DNA of 32,000 bases from Candidatus Saccharimonadota bacterium (GCA_021654395.1 AP024486.1:720001-752000), one strand, 5' to 3'; numbered from the stretch's first letter, positions 1-9,350 are shown. Numbers and translations are program-made. The notes: generated from the letters alone by a model not told the origin.

Positions 1-490
1 TCTTCTCTAATAGGCTCTGAAATGCTTTAATCTCTTTTAGATTGAAGTTGCTTAATCCTATATATCTTATCTTATTCTCTTCTACTGCCTTCTCTAATGC
101 CTTTGCTGTCTCTTTTAGATCTATTAAAGGATTTGGATAGTGTATAAAGTATAGATCTATATAATCTGTTTTTAGCCTCTCTAAGCTCTTAGATAAGGCC
201 TTATTAAGTCTTCTAGCTGAAAGATTTGTTAACCATACCTTAGATGATATGAAGATCGACTCCCTTTTAAAGCCTTCTATAGCCTTACCAACAAGCTCCT
301 CTGTCTGATATATCTCTGCTGTATCTATTATATCTGCCCCTAGCTCTAATCCTCTTCTTATAGCTTTTATTCTAGATTCCTTATCAATATCTCTCTTTAT
401 TAAAGAGCTTAATATCCAGTTCTTACCATACCAAGTGCCTAAGCCTATCTCAAATAGCTCCTTGTTAGTCCAGCCAAATCTCTTATACAT
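1..490 (-). CDS. aldo/keto reductase (N-terminal part; the 3' end runs off the window)
   Basis: Manual minus-strand translation from ATG at 490-488 gives MYKRFGWTNKELFEIGLGTWYG...IDTAEIYQTEELVGKAI...SKVW...LERLKTDYIDLYFIHYPN...IRYIGLSNF. These are the classic AKR family blocks. It is absent from the ORF track because it is truncated. Confidence 0.8.
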   Translation of the reverse strand, partial: MYKRFGWTNKELFEIGLGTWYGKNWILSSLIKRDIDKESRIKAIRRGLELGADIIDTAEIYQTEELVGKAIEGFKRESIFISSKVWLTNLSARRLNKALSKSLERLKTDYIDLYFIHYPNPLIDLKETAKALEKAVEENKIRYIGLSNFNLKEIKAFQSLLEK

Positions 491-504
491 ATATATCTTT
501 CGTA

Positions 505-594
505 GGCCTCGGCCGGGATTTCCATAATAGAGAATATTGAACCCGGTCCTGAAGGTCCACAGCCTTCCGTGCTAGCCTTTACACCACCGAGGCC
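505..594 (-). tRNA. tRNA-His (anticodon GTG) with a ~17-nt insertion (intron) in the T-loop
   Basis: The reverse complement folds as G(-1) / GCCTCGG / TG / GTGT-AAAGGCTA-GCAC / G / GAAGG-CTGTGGA-CCTTC / AGGA / CCGGG-[TTCAATATTCTCTATTATGGAAAT]-CCCGG / CCGAGGC / C. An encoded G-1 opposite C73 is the tRNA-His signature. Removing 17 nt restores a canonical TTCAAAT T-loop. Confidence 0.8.
521..537 (-). other. putative non-canonical tRNA intron within the T-loop of tRNA-His (boundaries ambiguous by +/-1 nt)
   Basis: There are 24 nt between the T-stem halves CCGGG and CCCGG. Excision at 56/57, 57/58 or 58/59 each leaves TTCAAAT. Confidence 0.6.
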
Positions 595-709
595 TAAGAT
601 ATGATTAGTTAGAATATATTAATAGATTTAACTTATAACTATTTAACACTTATACAATACTTAAACAACTTGAATTAGATATAGATAAGCTAAGACTTAT
701 TTCAGAAAG

Positions 710-1141
710 CTATCTGTTATAATAGCTACCTATAGATTTAAGTATAGCAAATACTAAGCCCAATCCTTTCTTTATATCTGGATCATGTAGCTGATGCATC
801 ATATCAAGTAAGCCGTTTACCTCTTTTATATCTTTAGCAGATATAGCATTTAACGCATTATTAGTTATAGCTATCGCTTTAGATAGATTCTCTAGATCAA
901 GCTTGTTTAAAGCATCTATAATTGAGTCTATATTAAGCAAGAGATTCATCACAAAGTCGCTGCTTAAGCAGCGCATCGCCTTACTAAATGTATCCTCATC
1001 CTCTAATGCGCCTATTATAGGCTCGATTAGACCTCTTTTATCAAGAGCTGCTACAAGCTCTATAAATCTCTTTATAGACTCTGCATTCTGATCCGCATAG
1101 ATCAATATCTCATTCTTATCATCCTTAGTACTCTTTCTCAT
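710..1141 (-). CDS. DUF1641-family protein
   Basis: The C-terminal block GLLDMMHQLHDPDIKKGLGLVFAILKSIG resembles the DUF1641 signature. It lies directly downstream of an SQR/NDH-II-like flavoprotein, a common pairing. The likely start is ATG 1141, preceded by GTGATAGCT; the track start at 1150 is the GTG inside that motif. Confidence 0.6.
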   Translation of the reverse strand: MRKSTKDDKNEILIYADQNAESIKRFIELVAALDKRGLIEPIIGALEDEDTFSKAMRCLSSDFVMNLLLNIDSIIDALNKLDLENLSKAIAITNNALNAISAKDIKEVNGLLDMMHQLHDPDIKKGLGLVFAILKSIGSYYNR

Positions 1142-1167
1142 AGCTATCACTTCTTAGTATTATAAGA

Positions 1168-2400
1168 CTACTGCTCAAAGTATTGATCTAGGGCCATATC
1201 TCCCTTTGTCCATATAAAATACTTATATAGCATGCTCTTTGCCATATGCTTCGCCTTTGATTCTGTAACTCTGCTTATACCTCCATTGAATAATGTGTTG
1301 TCTACTACCTCTACTCCCGTATTCTCTAATGGATTGTCTGCTATACAGTATATCTTTGGATCATAGCTCTCTATCTTTACATTGACTCCTAGCCTATTTG
1401 CAAGATCCTCTGCTGCTATCCTTGCTGTGAATACTGCTAATGCACCTAACTTCGGCACTGTAAGCTGATTCGCATCACCAACAAAGTATATATTATCATA
1501 AGATATAGAGCGCATATGCTCATCTGTTAATCCAAAGCCAGCATCATCGAATAGCTCAGGAGTTGAGCTCTTTGCTACATCATTTGCCTCATAAGGAGGC
1601 AGAACTATTGCGATATCTGCCTTTATCTTCTTACCATCCTCAGATATAATCTCTTTCTCTCTTATCTCCTTTATTCTAAAGTCAGTTACTAATTCATATC
1701 CCATCTTTTTATACAGATCTCTTACAAGCCTTCTAGCAGACTCACTTAGATCTGTAAGTATATCACTTCCAGGAGTGAATATAGTTATATGTGTCTTATT
1801 ATATACACCAAGCCTCTTAAGAAATGGTGGTAGCATTATAGACATCTCAAATACAGGACCCTCGCAAGCGGAGTCTGCCTTAGGAGCCCAGCTCTCTGGA
1901 TACTTTCCTCTTTTTCTTAATGAGCCTTGGTAGAATACTCCAGATCCTATCGCTATATTACCCCCTTTAAATTCCTTAAGCCTATTATAAAGCTTTAATG
2001 CATACTCTGGCTCACATACGCTATAGCCATACTTATTAAAGCCCTTTATCTTTTCTACTCCAAGCTTTGCTCCAAATCCAACAATAAGGTAGTCATATCT
2101 CTCTATATGCTCCTTACCATTACTATCTAGATAGTATACGGCATTCTTATTAGCATCTATCCTTACTACTTTACCATTTATAAAGTTTATGCCTTTTCTA
2201 CTTAGAGCAGACTTTAGATCAAACTCTAACTCCTCTGGCTTCGCTAAGCCTAATGCTACATGTGGCAGATTCGGTCTAAATACTGCATAAGGCTTATCAT
2301 TTATCAGAGTTATATCTATCTTATTACCAAGAAGCCTCTTAGCGGTATATGCAGCAGTTAGTGCTGCAAATCTCCCACCCAGAACTAGAAGCTTTGTCAT
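1168..2400 (-). CDS. sqr: sulfide:quinone oxidoreductase-like FAD-dependent pyridine nucleotide-disulfide oxidoreductase
   Basis: It has an N-terminal dinucleotide fold (KLLVLGGRFAALTAA), a second fold (NIAIGSG) and a C-terminal FVGDA block. Cysteines sit at residues 129, 179 and 352, close to the Cys triad I recall for the Acidianus-type SQR. Confidence 0.65.
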   Translation of the reverse strand: MTKLLVLGGRFAALTAAYTAKRLLGNKIDITLINDKPYAVFRPNLPHVALGLAKPEELEFDLKSALSRKGINFINGKVVRIDANKNAVYYLDSNGKEHIERYDYLIVGFGAKLGVEKIKGFNKYGYSVCEPEYALKLYNRLKEFKGGNIAIGSGVFYQGSLRKRGKYPESWAPKADSACEGPVFEMSIMLPPFLKRLGVYNKTHITIFTPGSDILTDLSESARRLVRDLYKKMGYELVTDFRIKEIREKEIISEDGKKIKADIAIVLPPYEANDVAKSSTPELFDDAGFGLTDEHMRSISYDNIYFVGDANQLTVPKLGALAVFTARIAAEDLANRLGVNVKIESYDPKIYCIADNPLENTGVEVVDNTLFNGGISRVTESKAKHMAKSMLYKYFIWTKGDMALDQYFEQ

Positions 2401-2514
2401 ATAATCATCAATCTATCTTAGTAGATAATATTTAATAACTCTTATATCTCAAAGCTTTTATCATATTCAAACAAGTATAAGACATTATGCAAGAGATATA
2501 AGAGCAAATCATAA

Positions 2515-3411
2515 TCAGGCTCTTATGCGACTAGAATGGCTTATAATTGCTTCTCTATCTAATCGATTACTCTCTTCATTAAGCCCATAAACTTCTTCAA
2601 GTAGCTTATTCAACTCGTTGCGAAGTATATTATTTATATATGATATATCCATATCCGATAGATCCTTTATACTAATAGATAGGTCATGATACCTATTAAG
2701 CTCTCTTTTGATTGTGCTTCTATCTATATATCCTGTTGTAATGTATCCTACTTGTGTCTGTGTGTTACTGCTTATACTATTTGAGCTATTAGTATACCAT
2801 GTTTTATATTGTACTTCACTGCCTTTATTAATACTATATGTTAAGTATGGCGAGCTTATGATAACCATAGTTCTATTTGAGTTAATCCCATTACTCTCTA
2901 AATTTTTATAAAGTTCATTAAAGCTACTAAAAAGATCGTTTAAGCTTAGCTTATACTGAGATAGTCTATCTATAAACTGCTGCATTACTTTAGATATCTG
3001 ATTGTTATATACTGCGCCGCTTGCTACAATCCTTAATGCTTGTATAAGTAATTTAGATGCAGCAAGCCCTAGATCTGCATACTTCTTTAATCTTTCTATA
3101 TTCTCTTTTGTATATAATTGATCTAGACGATCTGCCTTACTTTCTATCATCTCTCTTAGATCATCATATATCTTGTTATCTGAGCCGTCATCTTTATTAC
3201 TTGGCTCTAAGATAAAGGAGTTTATCATAGTAGAGCAATATACTATCGAATATATGACAGAGAGATTCTGCCTTAGATAGCCACCACTTCTATCTTCTAA
3301 TCTTTTTATAGAGACTTTAATTAACCAGTCAAGCTCCTCTAGATCCTCGAACTCGATGGTCTTCCATAGGTCGCCCTTCCCAAATGATATCTCTTTAAGT
3401 TGCTTATCCAT
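2515..3411 (-). CDS. hypothetical protein (helical N-terminal half, Ser/Asn/Thr-rich middle, no TM segment)
   Basis: A long ORF with host-like codon usage. I recognise no family motif. Confidence 0.5.
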   Translation of the reverse strand: MDKQLKEISFGKGDLWKTIEFEDLEELDWLIKVSIKRLEDRSGGYLRQNLSVIYSIVYCSTMINSFILEPSNKDDGSDNKIYDDLREMIESKADRLDQLYTKENIERLKKYADLGLAASKLLIQALRIVASGAVYNNQISKVMQQFIDRLSQYKLSLNDLFSSFNELYKNLESNGINSNRTMVIISSPYLTYSINKGSEVQYKTWYTNSSNSISSNTQTQVGYITTGYIDRSTIKRELNRYHDLSISIKDLSDMDISYINNILRNELNKLLEEVYGLNEESNRLDREAIISHSSRIRA

Positions 3412-3486
3412 GATTGATATATTGAAAATAGAAAGATATTTAATCTAACTCCTCAATATTAACAGTTGTTTAAGATCCCTTATAAT

Positions 3487-4335
3487 CTATAGGAGATCCT
3501 TTATCTCGTAAGGAGTCTTAGCAACCTTTATGCCAGCTTCATTTAAAGCCTTTATCTTACTCTCGTAAGTTCCTCTGCCTAAGTAGACTACTGCACCTGC
3601 ATGACCCATTCTCTTCTCTTTAGGAGCTGTTAATCCAGCTATATAGGCAACGATCTTCTTGCTTATCAAGCCTTTCTTGTACTCCTCTGCTAATCTCTCT
3701 TCCATATCGCCGCCTATCTCTCCTATAACAACGATCTCTTCTGTATCATCATCATTATCCATCATATGAACTGCCTCTAAGAGATCTGTTCCTATTATAG
3801 GATCTCCACCTATTCCTATTACTGTTGAATGACCATACTCTCTCAAGGAGTTTGCAACCTCATATGTCAATGTGCCAGATCTAGATATTATTCCAATTCT
3901 GCCTTCTCTAAATGCAGAGTCAGGCATTATCCCTAGTAGAGCTCTCTCCTTAGGCACTATTATACCAGGGCAGTTTGGACCTATTATTCTTGCTCCCTTG
4001 CTCTTTGCATATAGCTTAGACCTGGCAAAGTCTATAACTGGAATATGCTCTGTTATAACAACTATAAGCTTTATATCGTTATCTACTGCCTCGTAGATAG
4101 CATCAACAGCCCTTGTATTTGGTACAAAGATGATAGATGCATCTATCTTATGATTGCTAACTGCTTCATAAACAGTATCATATACAGGAATATTCTCTAT
4201 ATACTCACCTCCTTTAAATGGAGTGACACCTGCAACTATCTTTGTTCCATAGCTTAGCATATGTCTTGTATGGAATGAGCCCTCTCTTCCAGTAATACCC
4301 TGTACAAGAACCCTTGTGTCTCTATCTATTAGCAT
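3487..4335 (-). CDS. sucD: succinyl-CoA synthetase (ADP-forming), alpha subunit
   Basis: Shows [37 protein letters not shown], the SRSGTLTYE block, and the phosphohistidine loop MGHAGA. It overlaps the sucC stop by 14 nt. Confidence 0.9.
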   Translation of the reverse strand: MLIDRDTRVLVQGITGREGSFHTRHMLSYGTKIVAGVTPFKGGEYIENIPVYDTVYEAVSNHKIDASIIFVPNTRAVDAIYEAVDNDIKLIVVITEHIPVIDFARSKLYAKSKGARIIGPNCPGIIVPKERALLGIMPDSAFREGRIGIISRSGTLTYEVANSLREYGHSTVIGIGGDPIIGTDLLEAVHMMDNDDDTEEIVVIGEIGGDMEERLAEEYKKGLISKKIVAYIAGLTAPKEKRMGHAGAVVYLGRGTYESKIKALNEAGIKVAKTPYEIKDLL

Positions 4336-5350
4336 CTACACACGCCTTTATCATTGATGATACATCATCATAAGTCTTTATACCGTGATCGTTAAGTATC
4401 TTGTAGCCAAGCTCCTTATTAGTCCCAGTAAGCCTTACATACAGCTTTATATTCTTATCTATAGAGTCTAAGGCGCTTACTATGCCCTCTGCTACCTCAT
4501 CGCATCTTGTTATTCCGCCAAATATGTTTATTACAATAGCTTTTATACCCTCTATGCTGCTTACCTCTAATAAAGCAGATCTAACCTCATCTGCTGTCGC
4601 ACCACCTCCAATATCATAAAAGTCTGCTGCCTTTCCTCCATATATATTAACCATATCCATCGTTGCCATTGTTAATCCTGCTCCATTTCCTATTATCCCT
4701 ATATAACCATCTAGCCTTACCATTCTATCTAGCTTGCTCTCTGCGCTTATCTCCTTAAGCAGATCACTATGCTTAAACAATGCATTATCATCTAGTATAA
4801 TCTTTGAGTCTAATGCTATAAAATCATCTTTATATACTAAAGGATTTATCTCTACAAGCTCACAGTCTAGATCTGTATATATTCTGTATAATGCTCTAAC
4901 TAAAGCAGATAGCTGCTCAAATCTTCCTATCTTAAGATACTTGTATAGCTTTATTATATCATAATCTTTAACTCCTCTATCTAAAGAGATATCCTCTATG
5001 AAGATACTGCTCTGAGACTCTATATCTACACCTCCGTTCGATGAGCTCACTAATGACAAAGAGGCCTTATCTCTATTCATTATAAGTGCAATATAGAGCT
5101 CCTTATCATGCTCTATATACTCTTCTATCAGAAACTTATCTATACCTTGCTTCTTGAGCTCATCTATGGCTTCTAGAGGTTTATCTGTGACTCTTACTAA
5201 GCCCCTCTTGCCTCTACTGCCTTCAAGTATCTGAGATTTAACGACGACCTTTACTCCTTTATCACTTATGCTATCTATATCTATCTGATTTGGTACATTT
5301 ATTCCATATCTCTTAAATATATACTTTCCTTGATACTCATAAAGCTTCAT
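4322..5350 (-). CDS. sucC: succinyl-CoA synthetase, beta subunit (ATP-grasp)
   Basis: Has the [21 protein letters not shown]-terminus, an ATP-grasp body, and the C-terminal ligase-CoA blocks [13 protein letters not shown] and [14 protein letters not shown]. Confidence 0.85.
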   Translation of the reverse strand: MKLYEYQGKYIFKRYGINVPNQIDIDSISDKGVKVVVKSQILEGSRGKRGLVRVTDKPLEAIDELKKQGIDKFLIEEYIEHDKELYIALIMNRDKASLSLVSSSNGGVDIESQSSIFIEDISLDRGVKDYDIIKLYKYLKIGRFEQLSALVRALYRIYTDLDCELVEINPLVYKDDFIALDSKIILDDNALFKHSDLLKEISAESKLDRMVRLDGYIGIIGNGAGLTMATMDMVNIYGGKAADFYDIGGGATADEVRSALLEVSSIEGIKAIVINIFGGITRCDEVAEGIVSALDSIDKNIKLYVRLTGTNKELGYKILNDHGIKTYDDVSSMIKACVDANR

Positions 5351-7876
5351 CTAGTTCATCTCTTTTCTAAGCTTTAGAATCTGCTCTATCATCTCAATAG
5401 ATCTGTTATAATCTTTCTTTGTATCATCCCTTAAGCTATTACCAATCTTCTCCTTAACAAGCTCTAGATCCTTTTTAGAATCAACGATATTGCTTAATGA
5501 CTGTGTATATCTCTGCAGTATATTTGTACCAGGAGGATACTCCTCCTTAAGATAATCCCATTTGCTTATAAGCCACTTTAATAGAGAGCTCTTCTTTATA
5601 TTTACATTTAATGATAGATTTGCAAACATTATGAAGCGGTCCTGCTTTCTTACATTCTCTGATTCCATATATCTTAAGTATATGTCTAGATCGTTATCTT
5701 TAGCAGCATATGCAAGTGCTCTAAGATATGTTGCCTTCTCTGTTGGATTTATCTCCTCTTCATATAGCTTCTTTATCTTTGCTGCAGTATCTTTAGATGC
5801 ATTTAATGCAGCTGCTTTTAGTATTGCGCCCTTAGAATCTTTATTCTCGAATCTTCCATTAAGTATATTCTTAAACTCTTTCTCTATATAGTTAATTATC
5901 TTACTATGCTTCGAATAAGCACCAGCTACTATTATATTGTTCTTAAGAAGCTTCATTATCATTGTATCCTCTTTATCTGGCATTACTCCAAACTTATTAT
6001 AAAGCAGATCTACGTATGAGCTTAAGCTTTCCTTTATATGCTCTGCTTTCTTTGTATCATAAAATGTCTCATATAGTATGCGTAGATTTGCTACAATTGT
6101 ATTTAATGTATATATGCTTGAATCTTTAATGCTCTTATGGAAAGCATTATCGTAATATCTCAAAAGCTCATCAATGCTTATTCTATCTGCCATGAATAGT
6201 AGCTTTATATCCTCTAATAGCTCTGCCTTATCTAGATCACTAAGCTTCTCAATCTCTTTTACTATAAGATTTAGCATGCTATCTGGATAGTCTGTCACAT
6301 ATAGATAATTAAAGGATGCATTGAGCTTGATATAGTCTGATTTACTATCTATATAATGCTCTTTAGATGTTACAAGCTCTTGCTTCTTTTTAAGCTCTTT
6401 ACCTTTCTTCTCCAGATATTCTATATTTATAGGCCATGGCTCTGATCTCATATACTTTGATAATACAAATCTCTTCTGCTCCAGCTTATATCTCCCTTTG
6501 CTCTTTGATATACTTATAACAGGATATCCTTCTTTCTCAAGCCATGCCTTGGCAAACTTTATAACATCTCTATTCTTAGATACATTGTTTATCATATTCC
6601 ACAGATCATCTTTAGATGCATTGCTGTACTTATACTTATTAAGATAGCTGCTTATAGCGTTTCTGAATACATCTTCACCAACAAACTGCTCAAGCATCAT
6701 TAAGAATGATGCTCCTTTTTCATATGTTACAGTATCAAATAGTGAGCTTAACTCCTCTGGTGTTTCGACCCTTGCATTTATAGGATGAGTTGTCTTTAAT
6801 ACATCATAGTTCAATGCCTCCTCTAGAATCTCCATTCTCTTTAGCTTATCTACATCAAACTGCTTATAGTAGCTGCCTGCATTCTCTATTGCCTTGTAGC
6901 TCATAAATGTAGCAAAGCTCTCATTTAGCCAGAGATCATCCCACCATCTCATTGTTACTAGATCTCCAAACCATTGATGAGCCAGCTCGTGAGCAACTAC
7001 TTCAGCAGATCCAAATCTATCTGTTATTGATGAGCTCTCATTTACTAAGAATCTGCTCTCTCTAAATGTTATTGCTCCCCAGTTCTCCATAGCTCCTACT
7101 GGAAAGTCAGGTATAGCTAATAGATCGAGCTTCTCTAGAGGATACTTTATCTTAAAGTACTTAATATAGAATCTTACAAAGTCTATCGCATATCTTAGAG
7201 GAAGCTCTGTTAATGAGTCTTTACCTTCAGTATAAACAACTGAGTACTTAATCCCATCTGCAGTCTTAGATCTTCTAAAGAATCTCCCAATTCCTATATA
7301 AAGCAGATATGTGGACATCTTTGGAGTTGGCTTAAATACGAATCTCTTCTTGTTAGAGATAGCTTTTATGCTCTTTACCGGAGAGTTAGATATCACCTCA
7401 AACTCTTTATCAACTGTTACGCTTAGATTAAAGACTGATTTAAATGATGGCTCATCGAAGCACGGTATAACTCTTCTAGCATCAGCAGGCTCTAGCTGAG
7501 TTGATAATAGATACTGAGTGCTACCTTTAGAATCCTTATACTCGCTTATATACAATCCAGCGAGATCGTCATTTGCCTTTCCAGAGAAGCTTATATGCAG
7601 AATTGCTTTGTTCTTAATCTTCTGACCTATGCTTAACGCTATCTGTTGCTGATTCGTGAGATTCTCTATCTCTGCCTTTATAATCTTATTCTTATACTCT
7701 ATAGAAGCATTCTCTATGTTTAGACCTAATGAGTTAAGCCTTATCTCCTCTACTGCTCCATCTATGCTTAGCTTTATCTCCTCATCTCCATAGAATGAGA
7801 AGTCCTTCATATTTACATTAAGATCTATATTATACTGCTCTGGCTTTATCTTCTCATCTAATCTGAGATATCTCAT
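5351..7876 (-). CDS. M1-family zinc aminopeptidase (aminopeptidase N / tricorn-interacting factor F3-like)
   Basis: Carries the GAMEN exopeptidase motif (VGAMENWG) and zincin HEXXH-X18-E (HELAHQWFGDLVTMRWWDDLWLNESFA). The likely start is ATG 7876, after ATGATCTAT. Its stop TAG (5351-5353) abuts the sucC ATG. Confidence 0.9.
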   Translation of the reverse strand: MRYLRLDEKIKPEQYNIDLNVNMKDFSFYGDEEIKLSIDGAVEEIRLNSLGLNIENASIEYKNKIIKAEIENLTNQQQIALSIGQKIKNKAILHISFSGKANDDLAGLYISEYKDSKGSTQYLLSTQLEPADARRVIPCFDEPSFKSVFNLSVTVDKEFEVISNSPVKSIKAISNKKRFVFKPTPKMSTYLLYIGIGRFFRRSKTADGIKYSVVYTEGKDSLTELPLRYAIDFVRFYIKYFKIKYPLEKLDLLAIPDFPVGAMENWGAITFRESRFLVNESSSITDRFGSAEVVAHELAHQWFGDLVTMRWWDDLWLNESFATFMSYKAIENAGSYYKQFDVDKLKRMEILEEALNYDVLKTTHPINARVETPEELSSLFDTVTYEKGASFLMMLEQFVGEDVFRNAISSYLNKYKYSNASKDDLWNMINNVSKNRDVIKFAKAWLEKEGYPVISISKSKGRYKLEQKRFVLSKYMRSEPWPINIEYLEKKGKELKKKQELVTSKEHYIDSKSDYIKLNASFNYLYVTDYPDSMLNLIVKEIEKLSDLDKAELLEDIKLLFMADRISIDELLRYYDNAFHKSIKDSSIYTLNTIVANLRILYETFYDTKKAEHIKESLSSYVDLLYNKFGVMPDKEDTMIMKLLKNNIIVAGAYSKHSKIINYIEKEFKNILNGRFENKDSKGAILKAAALNASKDTAAKIKKLYEEEINPTEKATYLRALAYAAKDNDLDIYLRYMESENVRKQDRFIMFANLSLNVNIKKSSLLKWLISKWDYLKEEYPPGTNILQRYTQSLSNIVDSKKDLELVKEKIGNSLRDDTKKDYNRSIEMIEQILKLRKEMN

Positions 7877-7925
7877 ATAGATCATCTAAAGATTATGATT
7901 TAATATTTATAATAATTTAGATTCT

Positions 7926-8456
7926 CTATCTTGAGCCTAGTAGATCATCTTTAATGCTCTCGTTTATCACATACTTCTTGTATATTCCATCCTTATACTC
8001 CTTTATTATGCCTTTACTTAAGAGACGCTTTATTAGTCTATGAACCTTTACCTTGTTTAAGCCAGTTATCTGAGCTAAGCCCTTCTGAGTCATTCCATTA
8101 CTGTTTATTATATAGCGAAGTAATAGATACTCTTCCTTATCAGTAAATCTTTTAGCTATACTCTCTATACTGCTATTTATCTTATCTTCAGACTTGGAGC
8201 TATAGCTTACTCTAAATATATTTAAGAGAAGTCTGCCATTATATATAAGCATAAAGCCTGCTATAAATGGAATTATAATTCTAAAAACTATATTAAATGT
8301 TGTTAGATATACATCCTCTACAGTATGGATACCATTCTTTATCGTTATATAAACTGCTATAACTCCATAAACGGCTGATATTATTAAAAGTATTAAGCCT
8401 ATGCTTATCGATACTATAGCTATATTAAAGATATGCCTTTGAGACTGATCCTGCAT
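7926..8456 (-). CDS. membrane-anchored winged-helix (MarR/ArsR-like) DNA-binding protein
   Basis: Two N-terminal hydrophobic segments (IAIVSISIGLILLIISAVYGVIAVYI and FRIIIPFIAGFMLIY) precede a C-terminal HTH (MTQKGLAQITGLNKVKVHRLIKRLLSKGIIKE). Confidence 0.55.
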   Translation of the reverse strand: MQDQSQRHIFNIAIVSISIGLILLIISAVYGVIAVYITIKNGIHTVEDVYLTTFNIVFRIIIPFIAGFMLIYNGRLLLNIFRVSYSSKSEDKINSSIESIAKRFTDKEEYLLLRYIINSNGMTQKGLAQITGLNKVKVHRLIKRLLSKGIIKEYKDGIYKKYVINESIKDDLLGSR

Positions 8457-8553
8457 ATAATAAGCACTATTATTAAGCTGTTACTTCTTAAATAAGTATA
8501 TAAAAGAGTTAAATAATTAAGCTTTATATATTAAATTATATCTTGTGATATAT

Positions 8554-8853
8554 ATGGATAACCTCTTGATTAAAGAGAAGCAGGCGAATCTGCTGTTCGT
8601 CCTTATGAAGAGGAATAAGGGAATGTCAGTATCAGATATATCTAGAGAGACAAGAACAACATATGTGCATACATCAAATCTACTGAAAGAGTATGAGGCT
8701 TTAGGCCTAATAAAAGCAGAGAAGCATGGAAAGACAAAGTTTATAGTAATAACAGAGAAAGGATTTAAGATAGCGCAGCTACTAGATGAGGTTAAGAATC
8801 TAGTATACAAGCAGCAGGACACAGATCAGAGCAATGAGATACAGCAGCAGTGA
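8554..8853 (+). CDS. small winged-helix transcriptional regulator
   Basis: Contains MSVSDISRETRTTYVHTSNLLKEYEALGLIKAEKHGKTKFIVITEKG, an HTH plus wing. ATG 8554 is preceded by GTGATATAT. It is preferred over the antisense ORF 8517..8822, which is Cys/Ser/Phe-rich and looks non-protein-like. Confidence 0.6.
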   Translation: MDNLLIKEKQANLLFVLMKRNKGMSVSDISRETRTTYVHTSNLLKEYEALGLIKAEKHGKTKFIVITEKGFKIAQLLDEVKNLVYKQQDTDQSNEIQQQ

Positions 8854-8857
8854 TATG

Positions 8858-9268
8858 TTATAATGCCTTTATCTCTATATCTTTTCTTATCTCTGATTCT
8901 ATAAGATCCTTATTGCCTAATGGATGCCTCATTATATTTAATGCAATCTTAAAGCTTCCTTCCTTGATTGAAGGTGATGGAAAGACCTCAAAGCTTATCT
9001 CTTTCTTCTCATTTACTTTTATATCCCCAATCTCAAACTCTCTTGTCTTATCAACTCCTACTGTCTGACTGAATGATAGCTCTTCTGGTAGGGCCGCCTT
9101 CATAGATAGCAGCAGATCCTTATCTGTCTCATTCTTTATTGTTACCTTAACTAATACAGAGCCGTTCTTATCTTTAATATTTAGATGATATGGAATTAGC
9201 TCATAGCTAACTATAAGACCTCTACCGCTCTTATTCCTGTTGCTAGAGAAGATATCAAGTATTCCCAT
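8858..9268 (-). CDS. hypothetical protein (predicted all-beta, soluble)
   Basis: An ORF with host-like codon usage and no recognisable motif. ATG 9268 is preceded by GTGAATATA. Confidence 0.45.
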   Translation of the reverse strand: MGILDIFSSNRNKSGRGLIVSYELIPYHLNIKDKNGSVLVKVTIKNETDKDLLLSMKAALPEELSFSQTVGVDKTREFEIGDIKVNEKKEISFEVFPSPSIKEGSFKIALNIMRHPLGNKDLIESEIRKDIEIKAL

Positions 9269-9350
9269 TATATTCACTAATTAGTTATTTAAAATTCAAT
9301 CTTTTTAAAAATTATCTTAATTAAGTAAGAGCGATAGACTCTTGATTAAG

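Noticed and set aside
2401-2411. C-box-like TGATGA upstream of the SQR gene, as a possible C/D-box sRNA
   Set aside because: No D box (CTGA) or C'/D' set lies at an appropriate distance. The sequence is better explained as the recurrent NTGAT pre-start motif.
7877-7885. A conserved 'MIYM/MIIM' N-terminal peptide shared by many proteins in the ORF track
   Set aside because: It is an artefact of in-frame ATG, GTG or TTG codons inside the NTGAT ribosome-binding-like motif. Out-of-frame instances of the same motif exist (secD, secF, sqr), which argues for a nucleotide-level signal rather than a peptide.
8488-8516. Direct repeat TTAAATAA (8488-8495 and 8509-8516, 21-nt period) in the spacer between the two wHTH genes, as a possible operator
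   Set aside because: An 8-mer made only of A and T is likely to recur by chance in this composition. It may simply be the two divergent TATA boxes.
8517-8822. 101-aa minus-strand ORF competing with the plus-strand wHTH gene
   Set aside because: The plus-strand product has a clear helix-turn-helix plus wing and an upstream GTGAT motif. The minus-strand product (MSCCLYTRFLTSSSSCAILNPF...) has no protein-like features.
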